64,000 bases of DNA, taken from assembly GCA_022842645.1 (NCBI GenBank), contig JALHPE010000001.1, positions 329,462 to 393,461 of the forward strand. Direction: 5' to 3'. The translations under genes and the position numbers were made by a program. Numbering within the stretch: the first letter of the stretch is position 1; every line of letters begins with the position of its first letter. The notes beneath the pieces were generated by a model. That model saw only the letters and a program-made list of their open reading frames with translations. It was not told where the DNA came from and ran no database searches. Below, piece by piece: positions 48,237-57,795 of the stretch. The stretch comes from Minisyncoccota bacterium. GTDB lineage: Bacteria > Patescibacteriota > Minisyncoccia > Phycocordibacterales > UBA2100.

Positions 48237-48752
48237 ATGACCGACGAGGGAAGTGTGTCTCCTGAGAATACTGTAGTGCCCGAGTCACCGACGGCAGAGG
48301 TGGTGCTCGCGCCCGAAGTCGAGAGTGTTTCTACGTCCGAGTCGCAAGCGGTAGAGCCCGTGCAATCCGAGCCTGTGTCAGAGGTTGCGGTTGAACCATC
48401 TTCGCCCGTCGCTCAACCTACACCAACATCAGAATCGCCTGCGCCTGAAATCCCTCCTGAGTCGCCAAAGTCAGTGCCGGTTCCTCCTCCTGTGCCGACC
48501 CAGGCACCATCAAGAACACTGAGAGCGTCATCAAAGAATCGCATGCTCGAAGTCGTGCGTGCGCGGAAAGCCGAGCGGCTCGAAAAGATAGTCGTGCTCG
48601 CGCGGGAGAAGCAGGTTATCAGAAATGATGATGTCGAGAAGCTTTTGAAAGTCACCGACACGACGGTGACAAACTATCTAAACGCTCTTGTGCTTTCAGC
48701 TCGCCTGCGCCGTTCAGGGCACGGACGAGCTGCCACATACGAGCCTGTTTGA
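48237..48752 (+). CDS. Pro/Glu/Ser-rich protein with C-terminal winged HTH
   Basis: Low-complexity N-terminus; IRNDDVEKLLKVTDTTVTNYLNAL...G.GR...Y. Confidence 0.7.
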   Translation: MTDEGSVSPENTVVPESPTAEVVLAPEVESVSTSESQAVEPVQSEPVSEVAVEPSSPVAQPTPTSESPAPEIPPESPKSVPVPPPVPTQAPSRTLRASSKNRMLEVVRARKAERLEKIVVLAREKQVIRNDDVEKLLKVTDTTVTNYLNALVLSARLRRSGHGRAATYEPV

Positions 48753-48757
48753 GTCGG

Positions 48758-48787
48758 ATCGGCAAAAATAGCGCTATTTTTGCCGAT
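48758..48787. repeat. 30-bp perfect palindrome between convergent genes
   Basis: ATCGGCAAAAATAGC|GCTATTTTTGCCGAT. Confidence 0.75.
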
Positions 48788-48845
48788 AGCCATTTAGGGC
48801 AAAAAGAATCCGGCCAACACTTTTCAAAGAGTTGGCCGGCTGTAG

Positions 48846-49178
48846 CTACCACCGGGGTGGCACGTTGGAAATAACGGGTTTTGCATTGTGCGGCACGCGA
48901 CCAGTTTTCAGTGCTTCTTCGCCGGCGGGTGTCATGAGGAAACACATTCCGAAGATACTAAGCCCGTCCGGGCGTCTGATGAGACCCTTACTTTCGAGAA
49001 AGTTATACTGATCTTCAATCGTGGCTTCGCTAATGTCTATACGACGCTGTCGTGCATGTCGCCAGAGCTTGTAGGGAATGCTGTCTGGGTGTTGCTGTAC
49101 AAGTCGGAGAACGGTCATGCTTATCTCCGACAACTTTTGCACCCTGCGCTTCTTCCCATTTTTCTTCGCTTCAGGCAT
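48846..49178 (-). CDS. Hypothetical protein, possible winged HTH
   Basis: 110 aa ORF; LESKGLI...MTPAGEEAL; TAATxT-like -10 upstream is weak. Confidence 0.5.
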   Translation of the reverse strand: MPEAKKNGKKRRVQKLSEISMTVLRLVQQHPDSIPYKLWRHARQRRIDISEATIEDQYNFLESKGLIRRPDGLSIFGMCFLMTPAGEEALKTGRVPHNAKPVISNVPPRW

Positions 49179-49283
49179 TACACAATACTCCTCTCTGCCT
49201 CAACTAGGATGGTTATAGGTGATTTTGCTTCGAATAGCAACTGAGTCTCGCGCAGAGTGAGCGACTTTGCTACGATACGCATC

Positions 49284-52200
49284 ATGGCTGAAAATCAGGG
49301 GAAATCGGATGCCGCTCAGCGGGAAGAGGAGATACTCGAATTCTGGCGGGAGAATAAGACGTTTGAGCGCTCGCTTGAAAAGCACGCCCCAAAGGGCGAG
49401 TTTGTGTTTTATGACGGCCCGCCGTTTGCGACAGGGCTTCCGCACCACGGCTCGCTTCTTTCTTCGATCATCAAAGACGTGATTCCGCGCTACAAGACGA
49501 TGCGCGGCTACAGAGTGCGCCGCCGGTGGGGATGGGATACGCACGGACTTCCTATTGAGAACCTTGTTGAGAAGGAGTTGGGGCTCAAGACCAAGAAAGA
49601 GATTCTCGATATTGGTATCGCGAAGTTCAACGAAACTGCACGCGGCATGGTTTTGAAATACGTGCACGATTGGAAACACTACATCGAGCGCGTCGGACGT
49701 TGGGTGGACTACGAGAATTCCTACAAGACGATGGACAACTCCTACATCGAGAGCGTGTGGTGGGCGCTGAAGCGCATTCATGAGAAAGGACTTCTTTATG
49801 AAGGGCGGAAAGTGCTCATGTACTGCACACACTGCGAAACGCCTCTCGCAAAAGCAGAAATCGCGGCGGACAATACGTATAAAGATGTTACTGAAGAGGC
49901 GGTAACGGTGAAGTTTGAGATTGTAGATCAGCCGAAGACCTACTTTCTCGCGTGGACAACAACGCCGTGGACGTTACCGGGGAACGTTGCGCTCGCCGTT
50001 GGAGCGGAGATCGACTATGTGAAAGCGAGTGTCGGGGATATCACGTATATCCTTGCTAAAGAGCGCGTGAGCACCGTCTTGAAGGATGTTACGCACGTCA
50101 TCGTCGGCACTATGCGGGGGAGTGACCTTGTCGGGAAACGCTACGCGCCGGTTGTTTCAGTTTCTGCACTTACCTCTGAAAGCTCGCATCGCGTGCAGAC
50201 GGCGGATTTTGTTACAACAGAAGATGGCACCGGCATCGTGCACATTGCGCCGATGTATGGCGAGGACGACTACCAACTCGGCGTGCGCGAGAAGCTCCCC
50301 ATGGTGCAGCTCCTTAATCCGAACGGAACATATAACGATGCCGCGCCCGAGCTTATCCGCGGCAAATACCTAAAAGAGGGAGCAAAAGACATTAAGCGCG
50401 ATTTGGAATCGCGCGGACTTCTCTTTGCGCGCGAGAACCATACACACTCATATCCGCATTGCTGGCGTTGTGGCACTCCACTTATCTACAACGCCGTTTC
50501 TTCGTGGTTCATCAATATTCAGGACGTAAAGCAGAAGATCATTTCCGAAAACCAGAAGATTAACTGGGTGCCGGAGCACTTGAAAAATGGGCGTTTTGGA
50601 AAGATTCTCGAGAGCGCCCCCGATTGGACGATCTCACGTAACCGTTTCTGGGCGTCCCCGCTTCCATTCTGGAAGTCTAAAGAGGGGAAGGTGATGGTGG
50701 TTGGCTCACTTGCGGAACTGAAAGAAAAGATGAAAAAGAGCGGGAACACCTATTTCACGATGCGACATGGTGAGGCCGAGACAAATGTGCAAGGGATTTT
50801 GAATTGTGACCCCGATGCACCATATGCGCTGACTCAACTTGGGCGCACAGGCGTGCTCGAAGCGGCGCGTGCATTCAAGGATGCTGGGCATCATGTCGAC
50901 CTTGTGGTGGCATCGCCCTTTGTGCGGACGAAAGAATCTGTCGCGATCTTCGCAGAGGTACTTGGACTCTCAGAAGAGCAGATTCGATACGAGCCCCGGC
51001 TGGGGGAATATAACTTTGGGGTACTCAATGGGGCTTCTGTCTTGGCGTGGCATGAAAAGTTTGCACCGAGCGTCGATAGATTTAATCAGGGTCCTCAGGG
51101 AGGAGAAAATGATGCACAAGTGCGGGCGCGAATGCTCGCGGTTGTGCAAGAGCTAGAACGCACCGAAAAAGGAAAAACTATTTTAATCGTATCGCATGGC
51201 ACACCGCTCTGGCTTCTTCAGGCAACGGTTAATGGGCTTTCGCGGGAAGACATTGCACAACGCTTTGTGCGCGAATATCCAAATAATGCAGCCGTACAAC
51301 CGTTGAGATACGTTCCACTTCCCTTAAACCATGATAACGAGTTGGATCTCCATCGGCCCTACATTGATGACATCGTGCTTCTTGATGAAGACGGCACCGA
51401 ATATCACCGCATTCCGGAGGTTGTTGACTGTTGGGTGGAGAGCGGCTCTATGCCGTTTGCGGAGTATCACTATCCGTTTGAAAATAAGGACGAATTTGAA
51501 AAGCGCGCGCCCGGCGACTTTATCGCCGAATATATCGCACAGACGCGCACGTGGTTTTACTACATGCATGCGCTCGGAGTCGTGCTCTTCGACAGAATCG
51601 CGTTTAAGAATGTGGTGACGACAGGCACCATCGTTGCCGCAGATGGCGAGAAAATTTCGAAATCGAAGAAAAATTATACTGACCCGCTTGAACTCATTGA
51701 GCGCTACGGCGCAGATGCGGTGCGCCTCTATCTCATGGGCTCTCCCGTGATGCAGGCTGAGGATTTGCGTTTCCGCGACGACGACGTGCGCGAGGCGCAT
51801 AACCGCACGATTGGGATTCTCTGGAACAGTTTCAAATTCTTCGATCTCTATCAGAAAGACTTCGACGGAAGTGCCGTGGCACGTAAGAGTGCGCACGTCT
51901 TGGATCGTTGGATTCTCGCGCTTCTTGATCAGACGACGACCGAAATCAGTGAGGCGTTTGATGCCTACGACACCCCGCGCGCGTGCCGTGCGGTGCGCGC
52001 ATTTGTAGACGAATATTCAACGTGGTACGTGCGCAGAAGTCGTGAGCGCGTGAAGAGCGAGTGGCACGATCGGCAGTTTGCGCTCGCAACACAGCAAGAA
52101 GTGTTGCTCACATTCTCAAAGCTCATTGCGCCCGTGATGCCGTTTCTCGCTGAGGGTATCTATCGCGGCATTGCGGATGGAGGAAGCGTGCACCTGGAAA

Positions 52201-52709
52201 GCTGGCCCGAGGTGCAGAAGGGATTCTTCGCACGCCTCTTTGGGGCAAAGGACACCGTCCTTGAAGACATGAAAGAAGTGCGCGCAACCGTGACGAAAGC
52301 ACTTGAGGCGCGTGACAGAGCAGGAATGAAAGTGCGCCAGCCGCTCACCAAGCTTGAGATTGGTTCACATATCTCAAAAGAATTGCGCGAGATTATTCGC
52401 GATGAAGTGAATGTGAAGGAGGTTACCATTGCCTCAGATCTAAAAGCGGGTGAAGTGCGGCTCGACACCATGATTACACCAGAACTTGCGCGCGAAGGTT
52501 TGGTGCGCGAGATTATTCGCATGGGGCAGGATGAGCGCAAGAAAGCTGGGTGCGCTCCAGGAGACCATCTTGCACACGTACTCGTTGGGGGATCTGATGA
52601 GGTGCTGAGTGCTGTGCGCGAGCATGTGCTTGCAATTCAGGAGGCGCTCAAGACGGAGCGCGTTGAGGCCCAAGCGGGAGAGGTGCTCCATGTCGTAATC
52701 AGAAGGTAG
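49284..52709 (+). CDS. ileS: Isoleucine--tRNA ligase (type 2) with inserted histidine-phosphatase domain
   Basis: FYDGPPFATGLPH, GWDTHGLP, WTTTPWTLP, DWTISRNRFW, KISKS; internal MRHGE...SPFVRT...VSHG. Confidence 0.95.
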   Translation: MAENQGKSDAAQREEEILEFWRENKTFERSLEKHAPKGEFVFYDGPPFATGLPHHGSLLSSIIKDVIPRYKTMRGYRVRRRWGWDTHGLPIENLVEKELGLKTKKEILDIGIAKFNETARGMVLKYVHDWKHYIERVGRWVDYENSYKTMDNSYIESVWWALKRIHEKGLLYEGRKVLMYCTHCETPLAKAEIAADNTYKDVTEEAVTVKFEIVDQPKTYFLAWTTTPWTLPGNVALAVGAEIDYVKASVGDITYILAKERVSTVLKDVTHVIVGTMRGSDLVGKRYAPVVSVSALTSESSHRVQTADFVTTEDGTGIVHIAPMYGEDDYQLGVREKLPMVQLLNPNGTYNDAAPELIRGKYLKEGAKDIKRDLESRGLLFARENHTHSYPHCWRCGTPLIYNAVSSWFINIQDVKQKIISENQKINWVPEHLKNGRFGKILESAPDWTISRNRFWASPLPFWKSKEGKVMVVGSLAELKEKMKKSGNTYFTMRHGEAETNVQGILNCDPDAPYALTQLGRTGVLEAARAFKDAGHHVDLVVASPFVRTKESVAIFAEVLGLSEEQIRYEPRLGEYNFGVLNGASVLAWHEKFAPSVDRFNQGPQGGENDAQVRARMLAVVQELERTEKGKTILIVSHGTPLWLLQATVNGLSREDIAQRFVREYPNNAAVQPLRYVPLPLNHDNELDLHRPYIDDIVLLDEDGTEYHRIPEVVDCWVESGSMPFAEYHYPFENKDEFEKRAPGDFIAEYIAQTRTWFYYMHALGVVLFDRIAFKNVVTTGTIVAADGEKISKSKKNYTDPLELIERYGADAVRLYLMGSPVMQAEDLRFRDDDVREAHNRTIGILWNSFKFFDLYQKDFDGSAVARKSAHVLDRWILALLDQTTTEISEAFDAYDTPRACRAVRAFVDEYSTWYVRRSRERVKSEWHDRQFALATQQEVLLTFSKLIAPVMPFLAEGIYRGIADGGSVHLESWPEVQKGFFARLFGAKDTVLEDMKEVRATVTKALEARDRAGMKVRQPLTKLEIGSHISKELREIIRDEVNVKEVTIASDLKAGEVRLDTMITPELAREGLVREIIRMGQDERKKAGCAPGDHLAHVLVGGSDEVLSAVREHVLAIQEALKTERVEAQAGEVLHVVIRR

Positions 52710-52710
52710 C

Positions 52711-53283
52711 ATGTACCAGAAATATCACACTGATGCACTAGTACTTCGCTCCTACGAGCACGGCGAGGCGGATCGCGTGTTCACACTTCTTACAGAAGAT
52801 TTTGGCTTGGTGCGTGCGCGCGCGAGTGCTGTGCGGCGAGAAAATTCGCGTATGCGTTATGCGCTGCAAGTGGGCGCACGTGCACGTCTCTCTCTGATTC
52901 GCGGAAGTCGGGGGTGGCGCATTGCGGGCGCAGAAGCGAAAGATCGTATTTCCCCCGAGAACGTGAGCGGACTCGGTGTGTTTGCGCGGCTCTCGGCGTT
53001 ACTCGAGCGCTTGGTGCAGGGCGAGGACACGAATCCCTACCTCTTTTCGTCTTGTGCCGAAGCACATGCGGCGTGCGCCACGCTCTCGCGCGAACATCAT
53101 CACCTGATTGAGCTTCTTGCGGTTGCGCGCGTACTCTACGCACTTGGCTATCTTTCTGAAGAGGCACTTGGTTCTGCAGCGGTTTCCACCGCGTACGAAA
53201 GCGCGTCACTTCAGGTGGTTGCAGAGTCGGGGCGAGAGCTTCTGTCTTCAGTTAACAAAGCGCTTCAAGCGACGCAGTTATAA
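52711..53283 (+). CDS. recO: DNA repair protein RecO (short form)
   Basis: LVLRS...GEADR..TLLTEDFG.V.A.A..VR. Confidence 0.85.
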   Translation: MYQKYHTDALVLRSYEHGEADRVFTLLTEDFGLVRARASAVRRENSRMRYALQVGARARLSLIRGSRGWRIAGAEAKDRISPENVSGLGVFARLSALLERLVQGEDTNPYLFSSCAEAHAACATLSREHHHLIELLAVARVLYALGYLSEEALGSAAVSTAYESASLQVVAESGRELLSSVNKALQATQL

Positions 53284-53308
53284 TCTCGCTGCGTGGTAAA
53301 ATGAGAGG

Positions 53309-55282
53309 ATGGCGGGAAGGGACCAGAGAGAGCGCAACGAAAACGAAGAACGTATTCGACAGCTACGCGAAGCGATGTATTCGCGCAAACTTGAGCCTCT
53401 CATAAAAGAAAAACCGCGGCGCGAGCTTGAGCTTACGCGTCCGCCCGTGGGTGAAGAGTTTTTGCACGAGGAGCGCGGTGTTCAAAGTGGGGTTGTTGCG
53501 CCAAGCCGCGTGCGTTTTATGCGAGCGCTCATCAACTGGACGCTCGCTGCAGGCGTCGCATTTTTTGTCGGCGCAGCAGGATTCTTTGGGTACTATTTTT
53601 TCATTGGCGGCGGCTCGAGCACCGTCTCGCCGGGGAATATTGATATCTCCGTGTCAGGTCCGCTCCAAGTTTCAAGTGGTTCACCAACCGAGCTCCAGGT
53701 TGCAGTGGTAAATAGAAATCGCACACCACTTGAGCGCGCGGATCTGGTCATCAAATATCCAGACGGCACGCGCTCACCCGTCGATCTCTCAACGGCACTT
53801 AAAGATCAACGCATTCCCCTCGGAAATATTGAACCCGGTGGGCGTCGGCAGGGAACTGTTTCCGCTGTGTTTGCGGGTGTTGAGGGCGACCGTGGTGCGA
53901 TTGTTATAGAACTCGAGTATCGCCTGGAGAACTCGAGCGCAATTTTTGTTGCCTCAACGAACTACCAGATCGTATTTGCTTCTTCGCCACTTTCTTTAAG
54001 TGTTACTGCAAATAACGAAACAGTCTCGGGGCAGCCTGTCGAGTTCAAAATTAATATCGCATCAAACGCGGAATCGGCAGTCAAGGATGCGCTCCTCTCG
54101 ATTGCAACACCGTTTGGATTCTCAATGGAATACGCTGATCCGACGCCGCAAAAAACCAAAGAAGGAAACCTGTGGGTTTTGGGAGATATTCCGCCGGGCG
54201 GAAGAAAAGAAATCACGGTGCGTGGGGCGCTCTCGGGCGAGCAAGGTGATGAGCGCGTCTTTCGCTTTACTGCCGGAACACGCTCGGATCCGAAGGCAAC
54301 AGCCGTGAGCGCGACACTTGCCGATTATGCACACCGCATTACCGTATCGCGTCCGTTCTTGGGGCTTGATGTGACACTTAACAAACCTATTGTTGGGGGG
54401 AGTGCGGTTGTTTCTCCGGGTGAGACGGTCAATGTGGCGATTGCGTATGAGAACAACCTTTCGACCGAAGTGAACGATGCGGTGATTGTGGCGCGACTCT
54501 CTGGCATTGGCATTGATGGCTCGACAGTACAATCGACCGACGGTTTCTACCGCTCAACAGACAAGACGATACTTTGGGACAAAACAACAACACGTGGCGC
54601 GCTCGCCCGGCTTCCTGCTGGAGCAAAAGGCACGTTGAATTTTTCGTTCCAGATGCCTCAGAGCGATGCGCTCGCAAGCGAGCAGAATCCTAAGCTCTCA
54701 CTGAGTGTGCACGCGGCGGGGAGACGCATTTCTGAGAATAATGTGCCAGAAACACTGCAATCGACTGCGACGCAAGACATTCGTCTTGCAAGCGACGTGC
54801 AGCTCATTGCACAGGGCCTTTATTATGCAAATCCATTTGGTTCAACTGGTCCGTTACCACCAAAGGCAGAGCAAGAGACAACCTATGCGTTGGTCTTTAG
54901 CATCACCAACACCACCAATCGTATTAAAGATGCAGAAATGCGCGCGATACTCCCGCCCTATGTGCGCTGGGTAGGAATTTACAGTCCTTCCAACGAGAAA
55001 ATTGTCTTCAATCAAGCCGACAGCTCTGTCACGTGGAAGGTGGGAGCCGTCGAGCCTGGCGTGGGAGTTGATGGTGCTTCGCCGAAGCAAGCAGCAATTG
55101 CGATTGGGTTCACGCCTTCCACCTCACAGATTGGCCAGCAACCGGTTCTTATTCGTGATGTGCGGCTCACGGGGACAGACGAGGCAACGGGAGCCCCGAT
55201 AACGCGAACTTCAGATGATGTGACAACCAACATTCAGGGTGATCCTGGTTTTAGCCCCAACAGCGCAAACGTCGTGCGCTAG
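53309..55282 (+). CDS. Membrane-anchored multi-Ig-domain hypothetical protein
   Basis: Single TM near residue 80, beta-rich repeats, GPLPPK...TTY. Confidence 0.75.
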   Translation: MAGRDQRERNENEERIRQLREAMYSRKLEPLIKEKPRRELELTRPPVGEEFLHEERGVQSGVVAPSRVRFMRALINWTLAAGVAFFVGAAGFFGYYFFIGGGSSTVSPGNIDISVSGPLQVSSGSPTELQVAVVNRNRTPLERADLVIKYPDGTRSPVDLSTALKDQRIPLGNIEPGGRRQGTVSAVFAGVEGDRGAIVIELEYRLENSSAIFVASTNYQIVFASSPLSLSVTANNETVSGQPVEFKINIASNAESAVKDALLSIATPFGFSMEYADPTPQKTKEGNLWVLGDIPPGGRKEITVRGALSGEQGDERVFRFTAGTRSDPKATAVSATLADYAHRITVSRPFLGLDVTLNKPIVGGSAVVSPGETVNVAIAYENNLSTEVNDAVIVARLSGIGIDGSTVQSTDGFYRSTDKTILWDKTTTRGALARLPAGAKGTLNFSFQMPQSDALASEQNPKLSLSVHAAGRRISENNVPETLQSTATQDIRLASDVQLIAQGLYYANPFGSTGPLPPKAEQETTYALVFSITNTTNRIKDAEMRAILPPYVRWVGIYSPSNEKIVFNQADSSVTWKVGAVEPGVGVDGASPKQAAIAIGFTPSTSQIGQQPVLIRDVRLTGTDEATGAPITRTSDDVTTNIQGDPGFSPNSANVVR

Positions 55283-55316
55283 CAAATTAAGGCTAAATGC
55301 GCTATACAGAGCCGAT

Positions 55317-56708
55317 ATGACCGAAGTTACGATGGAGAAAATAGTGTCGCTCTGTAAGCGTCGCGGATTCGTATTTCAGGGCTCTGAGATTTATGGCGGC
55401 CTGGCGGGCACGTGGGATTACGGCCATCTCGGTCTCGAGCTCAAGAAGAACATTGAACGCCTTTGGTGGCGTCAGTTTGTGAGCGGGCGCGAGGATATGT
55501 ATGGCGTTGATTCGGCGATCCTCATGAATTCGCGCGTGTGGGAGGCTTCGGGACACGTTGGTGGGTTCAATGACCCTCTCGTCGAGGATAAAAAAACAAA
55601 AAAGAGATATCGTGCCGACCATCTACTCGAGGAGGTGGGTATTGACCCGACCGGCATGACGCTCGCGCAGATGGGGCAGGCTATCGCTGAGAAGAAGATC
55701 ATGAGCCCAGATGGCAATCCGCTCTCTGAGCCGCAGCAGTTCAACATGATGTTCAAGACATCGACCGGCTCTGTTGATGGTGCCGACATTCCTGTCTACC
55801 TCCGTCCGGAAACGGCGCAAGGCATGTTCGTGAATTTCAAGAATACACTTGATGCGTATCACCCGAAGCTCCCGTTTGGCATCGGGCAGATTGGGCGCGC
55901 ATTCCGCAATGAGATCGCCCCGCGCGATTTCATCTTTCGCGTACGCGAGCTCGAGATCATGGAGCTCGAATATTTCGTCAAAGAGGCTGAATGGGAGAAT
56001 GCCTTTGACCACTGGCTCGGAGAGATGCGTGCGTGGTTCGCTTCACTCGGTTTCGCGTCGGAGGATATTAAGGAGGTGGAAATTCCTGATGGCGAGCGCG
56101 CACACTATTCGAAACGCACCGTCGATTTCCACTTCAAGTATCCGCACAAGTTCGACGAGATCGGCGGCCTTGCGTATCGAACTGATTTCGATCTGAAGAA
56201 CCATATCGAGCACTCCGGCGTCGATCTCTCGTATCTTGATCAGGAAAGCAACACGAAACTGGTGCCTCACGTGATCGAGCCAACCTTCGGTCTTGGGCGG
56301 CATGTGATGGCTGTCCTAGCAAAGGCCTACACTGAAGACGACCTTGGAGGTGGTGAGCGCGTGTACCTCAAGTTGCCGAAGCATCTCGCGCCCGTCCGCG
56401 CGGCGGTCTTCCCGCTCCTCAAAAATAAGCCCGAGCTCGTTGCAAAGGCGCGCGAAGTCTACATGGCTCTGAAAAAAGAATCCGCCAACTGGCGGACCGG
56501 AAACATCATGTGGGACGACAACGGAAACGTGGGGAAGCGCTACCGCCGCCAAGACGAGATCGGCACGCCACACACCATCACGATCGATTTCGACACTCTC
56601 GGCGAGAGTGGGGAGGAGAAGAAAGACACCGTCACCGTACGCGACCGCGATACGGGGGAGCAGACGCGAATGAAAATCTCTGAACTCGGCGTTTTTCTTA
56701 GTGAATAG
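55317..56708 (+). CDS. glyQS: Glycine--tRNA ligase (alpha2, GlyQS type)
   Basis: KRRGF...SEIYGG, FNMMF, YLRPETAQG, FRNEI.P, GKRYRRQDEIGTP. Confidence 0.96.
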   Translation: MTEVTMEKIVSLCKRRGFVFQGSEIYGGLAGTWDYGHLGLELKKNIERLWWRQFVSGREDMYGVDSAILMNSRVWEASGHVGGFNDPLVEDKKTKKRYRADHLLEEVGIDPTGMTLAQMGQAIAEKKIMSPDGNPLSEPQQFNMMFKTSTGSVDGADIPVYLRPETAQGMFVNFKNTLDAYHPKLPFGIGQIGRAFRNEIAPRDFIFRVRELEIMELEYFVKEAEWENAFDHWLGEMRAWFASLGFASEDIKEVEIPDGERAHYSKRTVDFHFKYPHKFDEIGGLAYRTDFDLKNHIEHSGVDLSYLDQESNTKLVPHVIEPTFGLGRHVMAVLAKAYTEDDLGGGERVYLKLPKHLAPVRAAVFPLLKNKPELVAKAREVYMALKKESANWRTGNIMWDDNGNVGKRYRRQDEIGTPHTITIDFDTLGESGEEKKDTVTVRDRDTGEQTRMKISELGVFLSE

Positions 56709-56726
56709 GGGTGGTATCATGACCCC

Positions 56727-57785
56727 ATGAAAGAAGGGTTCACCATCTCCATCACAACTGGCACCATTCTAAAAACCGCCCTTATCGGGATCGGGCTGTT
56801 TCTTCTCTATTATCTGCGTGAAATCGTACTCGTCGTTCTTACGGCAGTCGTGATTTCCTCTGCGTGCGAGCCGGCGGTGCGCCTATTTATGCGAGCGAAA
56901 ATTCCGCGCCTCATCGCCGTCATCATTCTGTATGTCATTCTCTTCACCTTCCTCTTCGGGATGTTCTACTTCTTCCTCCCCACGGTTCTCAATGATATTA
57001 AAGGGTTTATCGCATCTCTTCCTGCCTATCTTGAGGCGGTAAGTCTCCTCGTAGCTCTTGAGGACTTTGGTTTTCTCTTTGGACTCCCTCCCGAGGCAAC
57101 CTCCAGCGATGTGATCGCCCAGATCAATCAGAATTTAAATCTCGCGAATGTATTTGGAAACTCATTTAGCGCCGCCGCAACTGTGCTCGGAAGCGTTTTC
57201 TCACTCATCCTCATCCTCGTATTCTCGTTTTATTTCACTGTTGCAGAAACCGGTGTCGACGATTTCCTCCGTGTCATTGCGCCGAATAAATATAAACCCT
57301 ATCTCTTAAATCTTTGGTTCCGCGCACGCCATAAAATTGGTCTTTGGATGCAGGGACAGGTGCTTTTGGGGGTGATTGTGGGCGTACTCGTCTATCTTTC
57401 GCTCACCATCATCGGCGTGAAGCACGCACTCCTTTTGGCAGTTTTGGCGGCAGTTCTCGAACTCATTCCTGTCTTCGGTCCGACTATTTCCGCGGTACCT
57501 GCGGTTTTGATTGCGTTCGCTGACGGCGGGGCTACTCTCGGACTCATCGTGATCGCGCTCTATGTAATTATCCAGCAATTTGAAAACCATCTGATTTACC
57601 CATTGGTCGTAACAAAAGTGGTGGGCGTCCCGCCACTTCTTGTGATTCTCGGACTTATCGTGGGGTGGAATGTAGCCGGATTTTTAGGCATCTTGCTTTC
57701 CGTTCCCGTTTCGGCGGCACTCCAGGAATTTGTAAGCGATTGGAGTCGGGGCAAGATATTTGTGAAAGAGGGCGCGGAGGCGTAG
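56727..57785 (+). CDS. AI-2E family transporter
   Basis: Multi-TM; ELIPVFGP, QQFENHLIYP, G.LGILLSVP. Confidence 0.9.
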   Translation: MKEGFTISITTGTILKTALIGIGLFLLYYLREIVLVVLTAVVISSACEPAVRLFMRAKIPRLIAVIILYVILFTFLFGMFYFFLPTVLNDIKGFIASLPAYLEAVSLLVALEDFGFLFGLPPEATSSDVIAQINQNLNLANVFGNSFSAAATVLGSVFSLILILVFSFYFTVAETGVDDFLRVIAPNKYKPYLLNLWFRARHKIGLWMQGQVLLGVIVGVLVYLSLTIIGVKHALLLAVLAAVLELIPVFGPTISAVPAVLIAFADGGATLGLIVIALYVIIQQFENHLIYPLVVTKVVGVPPLLVILGLIVGWNVAGFLGILLSVPVSAALQEFVSDWSRGKIFVKEGAEA

Positions 57786-57795
57786 GGTACTCACT

